From a virus, in IMG/VR virus record IMGVR_UViG_3300028800_000061, positions 32,001 to 96,000 of that record: a stretch of 64,000 nt of DNA; one strand, given 5' to 3'. The notes beneath the pieces were generated by a model. The model saw only the letters and a list, made by a program, of their open reading frames with translations, made no database searches and was not told the DNA's origin. Both the position numbers and the translations under genes were made by a program. Below, one piece after another: positions 8,934-17,122 of the stretch. Every line of letters begins with the position of its first letter. Within the stretch, counting starts at the first letter, position 1.

Positions 8934-9091
8934 TGCGGGGGCCCTCCGCACTTGTGCAGCGCGATAGGGCTGGGTCCGGACCCTTTGGCGGCGACTATAT
9001 CCCGATCATGAGCGGGGTTGTCCAGGCACATTGGCAGAGTCTAGGCGATTAGGCAATTGCAAGATGTTCCGGCCCGTAGGGCTGGGAGTAA

Positions 9092-9163
9092 TGCCGGGTG
9101 GGGTAATTGGCAGCCCGCGAGGCTCTGATCCTCGTCGTGTAGGTTCGAGTCCTGCCCCGGCAG
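9092..9163 (+). tRNA. tRNA-Gln(CTG)
   Basis: cloverleaf; loop CT-CTG-AT. Confidence 0.94.
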
Positions 9164-9175
9164 CTAAGATGTTGC

Positions 9176-9247
9176 GCCCCCGTAGCTCAGTGGTAGAGCG
9201 ACCACCTCGTAAGTGGTAGGCCAGCGGTCCGATTCCGGTCGGGGGCT
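9176..9247 (+). tRNA. tRNA-Thr(CGT), variant T loop
   Basis: loop CT-CGT-AA; T loop TCCGATT. Confidence 0.88.
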
Positions 9248-9395
9248 CAGGGAGACCGGCAGAGACGCCCTGTCCTGGCCAGGACAGGGCGTGCGATACC
9301 GGAACTGTCTCCCAGGTCCCGGCCAGGAGATGGCCACCTGGTCAAGGAAGCCAAGTCCTGTATCATGGCGCTACGGTCATCAAACCTGTTGACTG

Positions 9396-9466
9396 CGGCG
9401 CCGGCGGGATTCGAACCCACACCCAAACCATACGACTGGCATGCTCATCCATTGAGCTACGGCGCC
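9396..9466 (-). pseudogene. degenerate tRNA antisense to the array (isotype undetermined)
   Basis: intact acceptor, D and T arms; 6-nt anticodon loop GTCGTA. Confidence 0.7.
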
Positions 9467-9601
9467 TGAAGCTGGCCCGTACGACCGTGTCCGCCAAGGC
9501 CTGGTCGTCGGGCCTTCTTCCATCTTGGGTGGCTGATGGACAGGGACCGGATTCTCCCACCCGGCTTGGCGCACGGAACCGGTGTACGTGTTGCGGGCCG
9601 C

Positions 9602-9675
9602 GTCCTCGTAGACCAATGGCAGGAGTCACGGCCCCGAGGAGGCCGGCAGTGTGCGTTCGAATCGCACCGAGGACA
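9602..9675 (+). tRNA. tRNA-Leu(GAG), C33, short variable loop
   Basis: cloverleaf; loop CC-GAG-GA. Confidence 0.88.
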
Positions 9676-9676
9676 C

Positions 9677-10024
9677 ATGAGCGATGACTACGACCTGACC
9701 TCCGTGCATTACGCCGAGCCGGTTTTCGGCATGCAGATGGGCACCGGGGTCCTCCGCACCCACGGCGCCTCGGCTTGCGCCGGCCGGGCCTGCTGCATCC
9801 ACAACCCGTCCGCCCATCACATGCGCGGCTGGGAGATGAACTGGCGCGGTGACCTGCGCGTAATGGAGCGGATCTGCCCGTGCCATGGCGTCGGCCATCC
9901 GGACCCGGATGATGTGGCGTACCGGCGCTTGATCGGCCGCGGCGGTGGCACCCACGGCTGCCATGGGTGCTGCCATGCCGGCCATGCGCCGGATGATGGG
10001 ACCGGGCACTCTATGCCCCTGTAG
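9677..10024 (+). CDS. Cys/His-rich phage hypothetical protein
   Basis: CCIHNPSAHHM...MERICPCHGVGHPDPD. Confidence 0.75.
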   Translation: MSDDYDLTSVHYAEPVFGMQMGTGVLRTHGASACAGRACCIHNPSAHHMRGWEMNWRGDLRVMERICPCHGVGHPDPDDVAYRRLIGRGGGTHGCHGCCHAGHAPDDGTGHSMPL

Positions 10025-10091
10025 CTCAGTTGGCAGAGCAGCCCCCTTGTAAGGGGCAGGTCGCAGGTTCAAATCCTTGTCAGGGGCTCCA
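10015..10091 (+). tRNA. tRNA-Thr(TGT), encoded CCA
   Basis: cloverleaf; loop CT-TGT-AA. Confidence 0.93.
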
Positions 10092-10149
10092 TAACCGGCC
10101 AGACTGTTACAATGCGTGACATCCTGGGTTTTCCTGGCCGGAGGCCGCA

Positions 10150-10485
10150 GTGACCAAGCAACGATCCCCCTGGCTTCTCATCCTGATCTTGGTTGCCAGT
10201 TACGCGATCGGCCACCTGGCCGGCCTGATCCTCACCGCCGTGATCGCGTTCCTCGCCTACCTGGTGTCCGTTCGGATGAACCCGCGGATCGCGTGCCGCA
10301 AATGCGACGGCAAAGGCCGGTTCAACGGGTGGCTGTTCACCTGGGTGTGGCACTTCTGCCACCACTGCGCAGGCAAGGGCGCCGGAATCCGGTGGGGTGC
10401 GGCACGGTGGGGGACTGAGGCCGCCCGCGCTGAAGCGCTCCGGAACCAAACCACGCTGAAGAACGCGACCACTCGACGCCGCTGA
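10150..10485 (+). CDS. membrane protein with CxxCxGxG zinc finger
   Basis: GGAGG RBS; two TM segments; CRKCDGKG and CHHCAGKG. Confidence 0.75.
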   Translation: MTKQRSPWLLILILVASYAIGHLAGLILTAVIAFLAYLVSVRMNPRIACRKCDGKGRFNGWLFTWVWHFCHHCAGKGAGIRWGAARWGTEAARAEALRNQTTLKNATTRRR

Positions 10486-10503
10486 TTAGAAGGAACCGCC
10501 GCT

Positions 10504-10992
10504 TTGGGTAGCAAGCATGAACGGCACGCACGATCCAAGGAGTGGGACACCCCACCAGCCCGATCCGCTGAGGTGCGTGCCGCTGCGGTAGCAGACCAGG
10601 GCGAGCCGGTGAAACGGACCCCGGCCCGGAAGGACACAGCCCGCTGGTGCGGCGGTCACACCGGTCGTGAACACGCCCCGCATCTGATGACACCGGCAGA
10701 AACGACTGGGTGGCGGCAGCGCGCATGCGGGTGGGTGACCACCTGGGACCGCAGGGAACGCGACTACAAGATCGCATGGCGTTGCGGGCACTGGGTGCGG
10801 TGCGGGCAGTGCGGCCGGACCCTCCGTGACATCGGATCCCTGGAGCTCACCGAGTGCAAGACTTACCCCGGGACCAAGGTGCAGCGCGCCGCAGCCGAGG
10901 CAGACCTGGCCGACTACCGGGTGCGCAGGGCGAAATGGGCCAGGCGCAGGCTGGTGATCAACGGGCCACAGGGATACCGCAGATCCCGTTAG
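10504..10992 (+). CDS. Cys/His zinc-binding hypothetical protein
   Basis: AAGGA RBS; motif spacing shared with 19267-19716. Confidence 0.7.
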   Translation: MGSKHERHARSKEWDTPPARSAEVRAAAVADQGEPVKRTPARKDTARWCGGHTGREHAPHLMTPAETTGWRQRACGWVTTWDRRERDYKIAWRCGHWVRCGQCGRTLRDIGSLELTECKTYPGTKVQRAAAEADLADYRVRRAKWARRRLVINGPQGYRRSR

Positions 10993-11177
10993 CCCGGTTC
11001 GACGTAGTAGCCGACACCAGGAAAGCCGCACACAGGGCAGTCGTTCTGCGTGTGATCCGATCCGGGGATGCCGGCGCACGCTGCCACCAGCAGGGCACGG
11101 TACGCCGCGGTGTACTTCTCGCCTGTGCGCTCCATGCGCTCCCGGACGAGATCCTTGAGTTCGCCGCTACCTGTCAT
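10989..11177 (-). CDS. small hypothetical protein
   Basis: VRERMERTGEKYTAA motif, C-terminal CPVCG. Confidence 0.6.
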   Translation of the reverse strand: MTGSGELKDLVRERMERTGEKYTAAYRALLVAACAGIPGSDHTQNDCPVCGFPGVGYYVEPG

Positions 11178-11370
11178 CGTTCATCCGCTGCCCGGCGGCC
11201 GCTGCCCGCGCTCCGGTCGCCGTGATTGCTGGGCGATGACAGTAGGTGGTGAACGCGATCCCGAACTTTGCGGTTCGTGGGGTCCTTGTCCTCGGCGCTG
11301 ACGTGGACGCGGGCCGCGGCAGCTCGGAGAGTGGCAGGCGCTCTCAGCCAACCGGAAGTGTAACAGCCGA

Positions 11371-11446
11371 TGGGGAATAGGGTAATCAGGCAGCCCGCCA
11401 GGTTTTGGCCCTGGGTCTTGTGGAGGTTCGAGTCCTCCTTCCCCAG
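11371..11446 (+). tRNA. tRNA-Gln(TTG)
   Basis: cloverleaf; loop TT-TTG-GC. Confidence 0.92.
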
Positions 11447-11469
11447 CTAGCAACGGGGAGGGACCGTCA

Positions 11470-12027
11470 ATGTCGAACCGGTTCGTGACGGCAGACCTGC
11501 ATCTGATGCACATCGCTCAGTCCGGCCGCCGTGGTTACGCCACTGCCGCCGAGCACGATGAAGCGATCATCACCACATGGAATGAGATCGTGCGACCGCG
11601 CGACATGGTGATCGTGCTCGGCGATGTCGGCGTGGCCCCATCCCGGCTGTTCCTGCCGCTGATCGGGCAGCTGCACGGCACCCTGGACTTGATCTCCGGC
11701 AACCACGACGAGGTACACCCGATGCACCGTGGCGCGGCGGCGAAGATGGCGGCGTGGATAGGGCCCGGACGGTTCCGGTCGATCGGATCCCAGGGCATGC
11801 TGCGGGCTGGCACGCACCGGGTAATGCTGTCCCACTTCCCGTACAAGGGTGATCACACAGCGAAAGACCGGTGCGCGGAGTGGCGTCCCCGGGATGAAGG
11901 GTTGCCGTTGTTCCACGGGCACACGCATTTCAAGGATCGCGGCGGCGGCCAGGTGGTCCATGCCGGCTGGGATGCGTGGGGAGCACCTGTCCCAGTCGAT
12001 ACGCTGTGTGCGTTGATTGCCGCGTAA
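11470..12027 (+). CDS. calcineurin-like metallophosphoesterase
   Basis: DLH, LGD, GNHD, SHFP, HGHTH. Confidence 0.9.
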   Translation: MSNRFVTADLHLMHIAQSGRRGYATAAEHDEAIITTWNEIVRPRDMVIVLGDVGVAPSRLFLPLIGQLHGTLDLISGNHDEVHPMHRGAAAKMAAWIGPGRFRSIGSQGMLRAGTHRVMLSHFPYKGDHTAKDRCAEWRPRDEGLPLFHGHTHFKDRGGGQVVHAGWDAWGAPVPVDTLCALIAA

Positions 12028-12033
12028 ATTTAG

Positions 12034-12106
12034 GCCGCTGTAGCTCAGCCGGCAGAGCACCTGCATGGTAAGCAGGAGGTCCCGGGTTCGATTCCCGTCA
12101 GCGGCT
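12034..12106 (+). tRNA. tRNA-Thr(GGT)
   Basis: cloverleaf; loop AT-GGT-AA. Confidence 0.93.
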
Positions 12107-12157
12107 CGGCGGGGGAGAGTTAACCAATCTAGCGCCTGGACGCTCTCCCCCGCGCGT

Positions 12158-12230
12158 GTGGATGTGGCTCAGCTGGTAGAGCATCACCTTGCCAAGGTGA
12201 GGGTCGCGAGTTCGAATCTCGTCATCCACT
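12158..12230 (+). tRNA. tRNA-Gly(GCC)
   Basis: cloverleaf; loop TT-GCC-AA. Confidence 0.95.
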
Positions 12231-12234
12231 CCGG

Positions 12235-12292
12235 TTGCCCAGTTCCCCGTAACTTGGTATAGTTGAGCAAAACTAGGTTACGGGAAGCTGGG
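12235..12292 (+). promoter_or_regulatory. putative promoter inside an inverted repeat
   Basis: TTGCCC-17bp-TATAGT; CCCAGTTCCCCGTAAC...GTTACGGGAAGCTGGG. Confidence 0.5.
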
Positions 12293-12300
12293 ATCTTGAT

Positions 12301-12528
12301 ATGGCAGAGCTGCAGGCCATCCTCGCCATCCAAATCGCCGGGGACCGTCCCGGCGGCGGGCGCACCTACTCCCACGAAGAAATCCTCGACGGGGCCGACT
12401 GGGCAACACGTGCGCAAGTACTGGATCACATGCTCAGCCAGATTGACTTGCGATACCGCACAGCCACAGAGACCTCACGAGCCGATATGACCATCCTCAA
12501 TTTCACCGTCGAGCCGAACAACCTGTGA
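12301..12528 (+). CDS. hypothetical protein
   Basis: 75-aa ORF directly after promoter. Confidence 0.55.
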   Translation: MAELQAILAIQIAGDRPGGGRTYSHEEILDGADWATRAQVLDHMLSQIDLRYRTATETSRADMTILNFTVEPNNL

Positions 12529-12566
12529 TGGAACGGCAACTCCGCGGTGGCGAGGTGGGCGGCTAG

Positions 12567-13244
12567 TTGCTGTACCTCGCAAACCCGTCAACGACGCCTA
12601 TACGGCAAGCCATGACCAGCTATGAACTCGGCTGCATCATCACCCCCAGGCAAGGCAACCGCCTCCCCAGGGAAGCGCTCTGGGGTGCCGACAACGGGTG
12701 CGGCCCTGGAAAAAACGGCATGATCGGCCAAGGGTTCCCCGGCTACGAGCCCTTCCTGGGAATGCTCCAAGACCACGCCGACTACGCCGACGATTGCTTG
12801 TTCGCGGTAGCACCCGATGTGGTAGGCGATGCGGACGGGACGCTTAAACGGTCCAAGTGGATGCTCGAATGGATCCGTTACGCCGGCTACCCGGCCGCGC
12901 TCGCCGCTCAAGACGGACTGGAGAACCTGACGGTGCCCTGGGATGATTTCGACGCCTTGTTCATCGGCGGCAGCACAGCGTGGAAACTTGGCGCCGCGGC
13001 CCGCCGGCTGATCGCCGAAGCGAACCGGCGGAACAAGTGGGTTCACATGGGCAGGGTCAATACACTGAAACGTCTCCGGTACGCGGCCACGGTCGGATGT
13101 CACAGCGTAGATGGCACGTTCCTCACATTCGGCCCGGATATCAACCTGCCGCGGCTGCTCCGGTACCTCCGGATCGTCAACACGCAACCAACTTTGTGGG
13201 CGTCGAGCTGGCCGCCGCCGCTCCCGTTGACGGTCGCAGCATGA
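12567..13244 (+). CDS. TGT-fold (DpdA-like) transglycosylase
   Basis: DNG, PDVVGD, QDG, FIGG, VHMG, SVDGT in TGT motif order. Confidence 0.65.
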   Translation: MLYLANPSTTPIRQAMTSYELGCIITPRQGNRLPREALWGADNGCGPGKNGMIGQGFPGYEPFLGMLQDHADYADDCLFAVAPDVVGDADGTLKRSKWMLEWIRYAGYPAALAAQDGLENLTVPWDDFDALFIGGSTAWKLGAAARRLIAEANRRNKWVHMGRVNTLKRLRYAATVGCHSVDGTFLTFGPDINLPRLLRYLRIVNTQPTLWASSWPPPLPLTVAA

Positions 13245-13831
13245 CCGGCCAGATCCATGTAGCAGGCGAGGGTCAGCAGCTTGCCTTGCCGGGAACGCTA
13301 TGGCCAGCAGGCTGCGACCGCGGGCAAGGAGACCCGCTGTTCTTCGGGAAGCTTAAAAAGGACCAGGCGAACGACCTGATCGCAGCGTTCGGTCACCCAC
13401 TCGGCCCGTTCACCCGCCCGTTCGGGTACCAGGCATGGGGCCTGGCGATCGATGGGCAAGCCGTCGCTGTCGCGATATCCGGATCAACTGTCGGCGCGAC
13501 CTCTGCCGGATACAAGCGCAGGCAAGTTGTCGACCTCGCCCGGATCGCACGCCACCCAGACCACCCAGGAGTCATGAGGGTCATGCTGCGCTTGTGGCGG
13601 GACTACCTCGCGCCGCGGTGGGATTACGGAGACGGGCAGGTGCAAGCCGCTGTCTCCTACGCACTGCCCGGCAAAGCAGGGAACCTGTACCGGTTCGACG
13701 GGTGGAAGCTTCACGGGTACTGCAAACCGTGGGCTGGCGGCGGCACCTGGAGCAAACCGTCGAAAGCGAACGGGATGGCTGATGGGGTAAAGAAGCTGTT
13801 CTACTACGAGTACCCGCAGCGGGTGGCGTGA
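13241..13831 (+). CDS. Mom-like GNAT nucleic-acid modification protein
   Basis: DLARI, VSYA....GNLYRFDGW motifs; ATGA coupling. Confidence 0.6.
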   Translation: MTGQIHVAGEGQQLALPGTLWPAGCDRGQGDPLFFGKLKKDQANDLIAAFGHPLGPFTRPFGYQAWGLAIDGQAVAVAISGSTVGATSAGYKRRQVVDLARIARHPDHPGVMRVMLRLWRDYLAPRWDYGDGQVQAAVSYALPGKAGNLYRFDGWKLHGYCKPWAGGGTWSKPSKANGMADGVKKLFYYEYPQRVA

Positions 13832-14919
13832 TGCTCGCCACTGAGGCAGATGTACTGCGGACCCTGAGAACCGGCACTTACACCGTCAGCGAACTGTACG
13901 ACCTGTGTGAACAGCGAACAGTGGTCGGCCGGGATGGTGGCCAGGACCCCATCCCGGCCCACTCAGGTGATCTCCGGTGGAAGCGCCGCGTTCGCGGCGC
14001 TCTGGAGACTCTGCGCCGGGCCGGCCGGGCCGAGCGGATCGACCGGACCTGCTGGGCAATCCAGGGCACACCCCGCCAGCCGGCCCGCCTGCTGCTGATC
14101 GTGACCGGCGCAACCCCGCGTGACTTCGAACTGCGATTGCAGGCCGCGGCCGAACTGCTCGCCGAACTGGACGAGCCTGCCGACCTGGTGCTGTGCGACC
14201 CGCCGTACGGACTGCGCCGCGGCCGCGGCCACTACACCGACGGCAACGGGTACCGCCGCGACCACACCAGCGTGATCGGCGGCTACGTCGACGTCGACCC
14301 GGGCGAGTACTCCGACTTCACCCACGATTGGATCCGGGCCGCAGCCGCTGCGCTCCGGCCGGCCGGGCAGCTCGCCACGATCACCGGACCGCAGCGTGCC
14401 GCGATCGTGCAGTGCGCCGCCGAGCAGGCCGGGCTCACCTGGGTCAGTACCATCGCCGCCCGGCGCACTTTCCCGCTGGCCACACTGCGCCGGCCAGCCG
14501 CAGCGCATTGGGCCATCACGGTCATGTGCCGCAACGCGCTGAGCAACCCTCGCCGGGTGTTCAACCCGCCACCCGATCTGCCCAGGGCCCGCAGCGGCCA
14601 CCCTTACCCGCTGGACTGGTGGGCTGACGGCAACGGCCGGGCCGACCGCCCCGGGCTGCTCCGCTACGACAACAGCCTCCCGCTTCCCCTTGTCCTGCGG
14701 GCGGTCACCGCGTTCAGTAACCGCGGCGAGCACGTCGTAGACCCGTTCCTCGGCGCGGGCACAACCGCTGTCGCCTGCTGGAAAACCGGCCGGCGCTTCA
14801 CCGGCAGCGACCTGAATCCAGCCGCCGTCCGCTTCGCAGCCGCACGGCTGCTCGATGAGCACGCCTGGCCGGATGAGCGCGAGCCAGGATTGTTTCCCGC
14901 AATGGATGTCGCGCCGTGA
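13828..14919 (+). CDS. N6A/N4C DNA methyltransferase (beta class) with N-terminal winged helix
   Basis: DPPY precedes DPFLGAGTT. Confidence 0.88.
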   Translation: MMLATEADVLRTLRTGTYTVSELYDLCEQRTVVGRDGGQDPIPAHSGDLRWKRRVRGALETLRRAGRAERIDRTCWAIQGTPRQPARLLLIVTGATPRDFELRLQAAAELLAELDEPADLVLCDPPYGLRRGRGHYTDGNGYRRDHTSVIGGYVDVDPGEYSDFTHDWIRAAAAALRPAGQLATITGPQRAAIVQCAAEQAGLTWVSTIAARRTFPLATLRRPAAAHWAITVMCRNALSNPRRVFNPPPDLPRARSGHPYPLDWWADGNGRADRPGLLRYDNSLPLPLVLRAVTAFSNRGEHVVDPFLGAGTTAVACWKTGRRFTGSDLNPAAVRFAAARLLDEHAWPDEREPGLFPAMDVAP

Positions 14920-15461
14920 GCACCGGCCTGGCCGCGATCAACCTGGACCTGATCGAGGACGCGGCGAACATCCTGGCGTGGCGCGGCTGGTGGGAACCCG
15001 GCGATGAGGACAGCTTCGTACCCGACGAGCTCGTCACCGAACTGATCGAGGCTGCCCGGGCTCCTTGCGAGGTCTGCAGCACACCGGAGGGGGTGTGCAG
15101 CACACCGGACGAGGTGGCCGATCACTTCCTCGCCCGCAAACAGGAAGAGTGGGAACGGTCCTGGCCGGCGTGGGCATGCAACTGCGGTCACGTTTACAAA
15201 CTGCTCAATGAAGAGTTCTTCGAGGTCGCAGACAACGGGTTCCACGGCCCGTTCTGCGCCGGCATGGCCGGGGAGCAAGATTGCCCGCACCCATCCTGCG
15301 CGAGCATTCTGCTCGGCGGCCACCTGCCGGGGGATCGCGCCGGGTGCATCCGCCGCGGCAGCAAGAACCGGGTCAAGCACAGCGACGCATGCCGGGGATG
15401 CGGCTGCAAGTTCGCGGATACGATAGCCGACCAGCTCAACCCGCAGCAGGCCCTGTTCTAG
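14916..15461 (+). CDS. Cys-rich hypothetical protein
   Basis: GTGA overlap; internal 21-nt duplication near 15072-15113. Confidence 0.65.
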   Translation: MSTGLAAINLDLIEDAANILAWRGWWEPGDEDSFVPDELVTELIEAARAPCEVCSTPEGVCSTPDEVADHFLARKQEEWERSWPAWACNCGHVYKLLNEEFFEVADNGFHGPFCAGMAGEQDCPHPSCASILLGGHLPGDRAGCIRRGSKNRVKHSDACRGCGCKFADTIADQLNPQQALF

Positions 15462-15565
15462 AAGATCCTGGCAGTAAAGTCGTGCACCTGCGCTCAGCGG
15501 GTTGCGGCACAATCGTGCGGGCGGTGATCTGAATTAGTCCATCGGGATCACCGCCCGCGCGCCTT

Positions 15566-15640
15566 GCCCCTCTAGCCCAATCCGGCAGAGGCGCCACGTT
15601 CAGGGCGTGGAGGTTCGGGGTTCGACTCCCCGGAGGGGCA
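15566..15640 (+). tRNA. tRNA-Leu(CAG), short variable loop
   Basis: cloverleaf; loop TT-CAG-GG. Confidence 0.9.
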
Positions 15641-15644
15641 CTTG

Positions 15645-15732
15645 GGAGGGGTCGCCTAGTCGGCCTATGGCGCGTCACTGCTAATGACGTTGGGCATTGC
15701 GTCCCTCGCGGGTTCGAATCCCGCCCCCTCCG
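15645..15732 (+). tRNA. tRNA-Ser(GCT)
   Basis: long variable arm; loop CT-GCT-AA. Confidence 0.93.
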
Positions 15733-15735
15733 CAC

Positions 15736-15828
15736 GGAGACGTCGCGCAGTGGCCTAGCGCTCTAGTCTTGAAAACTAGCAGAGCACGGGAGTGTCTCTC
15801 GTGGGTTCGAATCCCACCGTCTCCTCCA
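15736..15828 (+). tRNA. tRNA-Ser(TGA), encoded CCA
   Basis: long variable arm; loop CT-TGA-AA. Confidence 0.93.
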
Positions 15829-15829
15829 A

Positions 15830-15903
15830 GGGCATGTAGCTCAGCCGGTTAGAGCACTCCCCTGATAAGGGAGAGGCCGGAGGTTCAACTCCTCCTGTGC
15901 CCA
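15830..15903 (+). tRNA. tRNA-Ile(GAT)
   Basis: cloverleaf; loop CT-GAT-AA. Confidence 0.95.
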
Positions 15904-15994
15904 CTGCCAGCAGGCCACTGCGGCCGGGGTTGTCGCAGCGACAACAGGGCCGGGAAGCCCCCGGGCCGCGGGCCTGCTGGCCACGACGGGAGCG

Positions 15995-16264
15995 GTGGTG
16001 TCAGGGCGGCAGCGGCAGCGGAACCGGCTCGGGCGGCGGCAGGGGTGGATCTGCCCGTGGTGCCGCCTCCCGATCACCCGCGCCCAGTTCGCGGATGCCA
16101 CCCGCGACCATGTGATCCCGAAGTCCCACGGAGGCACTGCGGTACTGCGGAACCTCCAGTTGCTGCACGGCGAGTGCAACGCGGAGAAAGCGAGCCGGTG
16201 CCTGGGTTGCCCCCGGTGCGTCCCTGGCGAGATAGCTCAGCCGGTCAGAGCGTCCCGCTCATAA
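15995..16264 (+). CDS. HNH endonuclease
   Basis: CPWC...DHVIPKSHGG...NLQLLHGECN. Confidence 0.85.
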   Translation: MVSGRQRQRNRLGRRQGWICPWCRLPITRAQFADATRDHVIPKSHGGTAVLRNLQLLHGECNAEKASRCLGCPRCVPGEIAQPVRASRS

Positions 16265-16302
16265 CGGGATGGTCGCAGGTTCAAGTCCTGCTCTCGCTAC
16301 CA
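16226..16302 (+). tRNA. tRNA-Met(CAT) elongator, encoded CCA
   Basis: cloverleaf; loop CT-CAT-AA. Confidence 0.9.
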
Positions 16303-16376
16303 GTACGCCAACATGCAGTCCTAGATAGGGGAGGTGAACGGGTTGAAACCCTGCGGTAAACAGATACGCATCGCAG

Positions 16377-16450
16377 GCCCTGTTAGCTCAATTGGATAGA
16401 GCAGCGGACTTTTAATCCGCGAGTTCTGGGTTCGAGTCCCAGGCGGGGCA
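16377..16450 (+). tRNA. tRNA-Lys(TTT)
   Basis: cloverleaf; loop CT-TTT-AA. Confidence 0.95.
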
Positions 16451-16454
16451 CAAT

Positions 16455-16526
16455 GCGCTGTTAGCTCAGTGGATAGAGTGACTGCCTTCTAAGCAGGGGA
16501 GCGGGGTTCGAATCCCTGACGGCGCG
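16455..16526 (+). tRNA. tRNA-Arg(TCT)
   Basis: cloverleaf; loop CT-TCT-AA. Confidence 0.9.
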
Positions 16527-16541
16527 CAAAGCACAAGGCAA

Positions 16542-16615
16542 GCCCTGGTGGGGTAATTGGCCAGCCCGCCACCCTCTCACGGTGGAGACTGCCGGTTCGA
16601 ATCCGGTCCGGGGTA
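16542..16615 (+). tRNA. tRNA-Glu(CTC)
   Basis: cloverleaf; loop CT-CTC-AC. Confidence 0.92.
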
Positions 16616-16616
16616 C

Positions 16617-16692
16617 GGCGCGGTAGGCAAAATGGAGAAGGCCGCCAGACTTTCAACCTGGTGACTTGCGGGTTCGAGCCCCGTCCGCGCTA
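16617..16692 (+). tRNA. tRNA-Glu(TTC)
   Basis: cloverleaf; loop CT-TTC-AA. Confidence 0.88.
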
Positions 16693-16706
16693 CTATGGGA
16701 TCACGA

Positions 16707-16780
16707 CGCGGGGTGGAGCAGCTCGGTAGCTCGGTGGGCTCATAACCCACAGGTCGCAGGTTCAAATCCTGTCCCCGCTA
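16707..16780 (+). tRNA. initiator tRNA-fMet(CAT)
   Basis: C1 mismatch; GGG/CCC anticodon stem. Confidence 0.95.
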
Positions 16781-16895
16781 CCGCCGTGCCGGGTCGGCTC
16801 CGGTCGCGGCTAATTACGGCTGGCAGACGTGCTAGGGCCCGTGGCGGATTGGGGATCTAGCCGACCCCGCGTGAAGCGCGACGGGCACCAACCTT

Positions 16896-16967
16896 TCCCC
16901 CGTAGCTCAATAGGCAGAGCGTCCGGCTGTTAACCGGTTGGTGTTGGTTCAAGTCCAGCCGGGGGAG
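16896..16967 (+). tRNA. tRNA-Asn(GTT)
   Basis: cloverleaf; loop CT-GTT-AA. Confidence 0.94.
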
Positions 16968-16971
16968 CGAT

Positions 16972-17046
16972 GGTCCTGTAGAGCAGGTTGGAGTGCTCGC
17001 CACCCTGTCAAGGTGGAGGTCGCGGGTTCAAATCCCGTCGGGACCG
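16972..17046 (+). tRNA. tRNA-Asp(GTC)
   Basis: cloverleaf; loop CT-GTC-AA. Confidence 0.95.
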
Positions 17047-17050
17047 CTAA

Positions 17051-17122
17051 ACCCGGTTAGCTCAGTGGCAGAGCACCACGATGACAGCGTGGGGGTCGGA
17101 GGTTCGGTTCCTCCACCGGGTA
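17051..17122 (+). tRNA. tRNA-Val(GAC)
   Basis: loop AT-GAC-AG; T loop TTCGGTT. Confidence 0.9.

Noticed and set aside
9313-9352. CAGGTCC...GGAAGC resembling SRP RNA helix 8
   Set aside because: GNRA tetraloop and the flanking SRP helix are absent.
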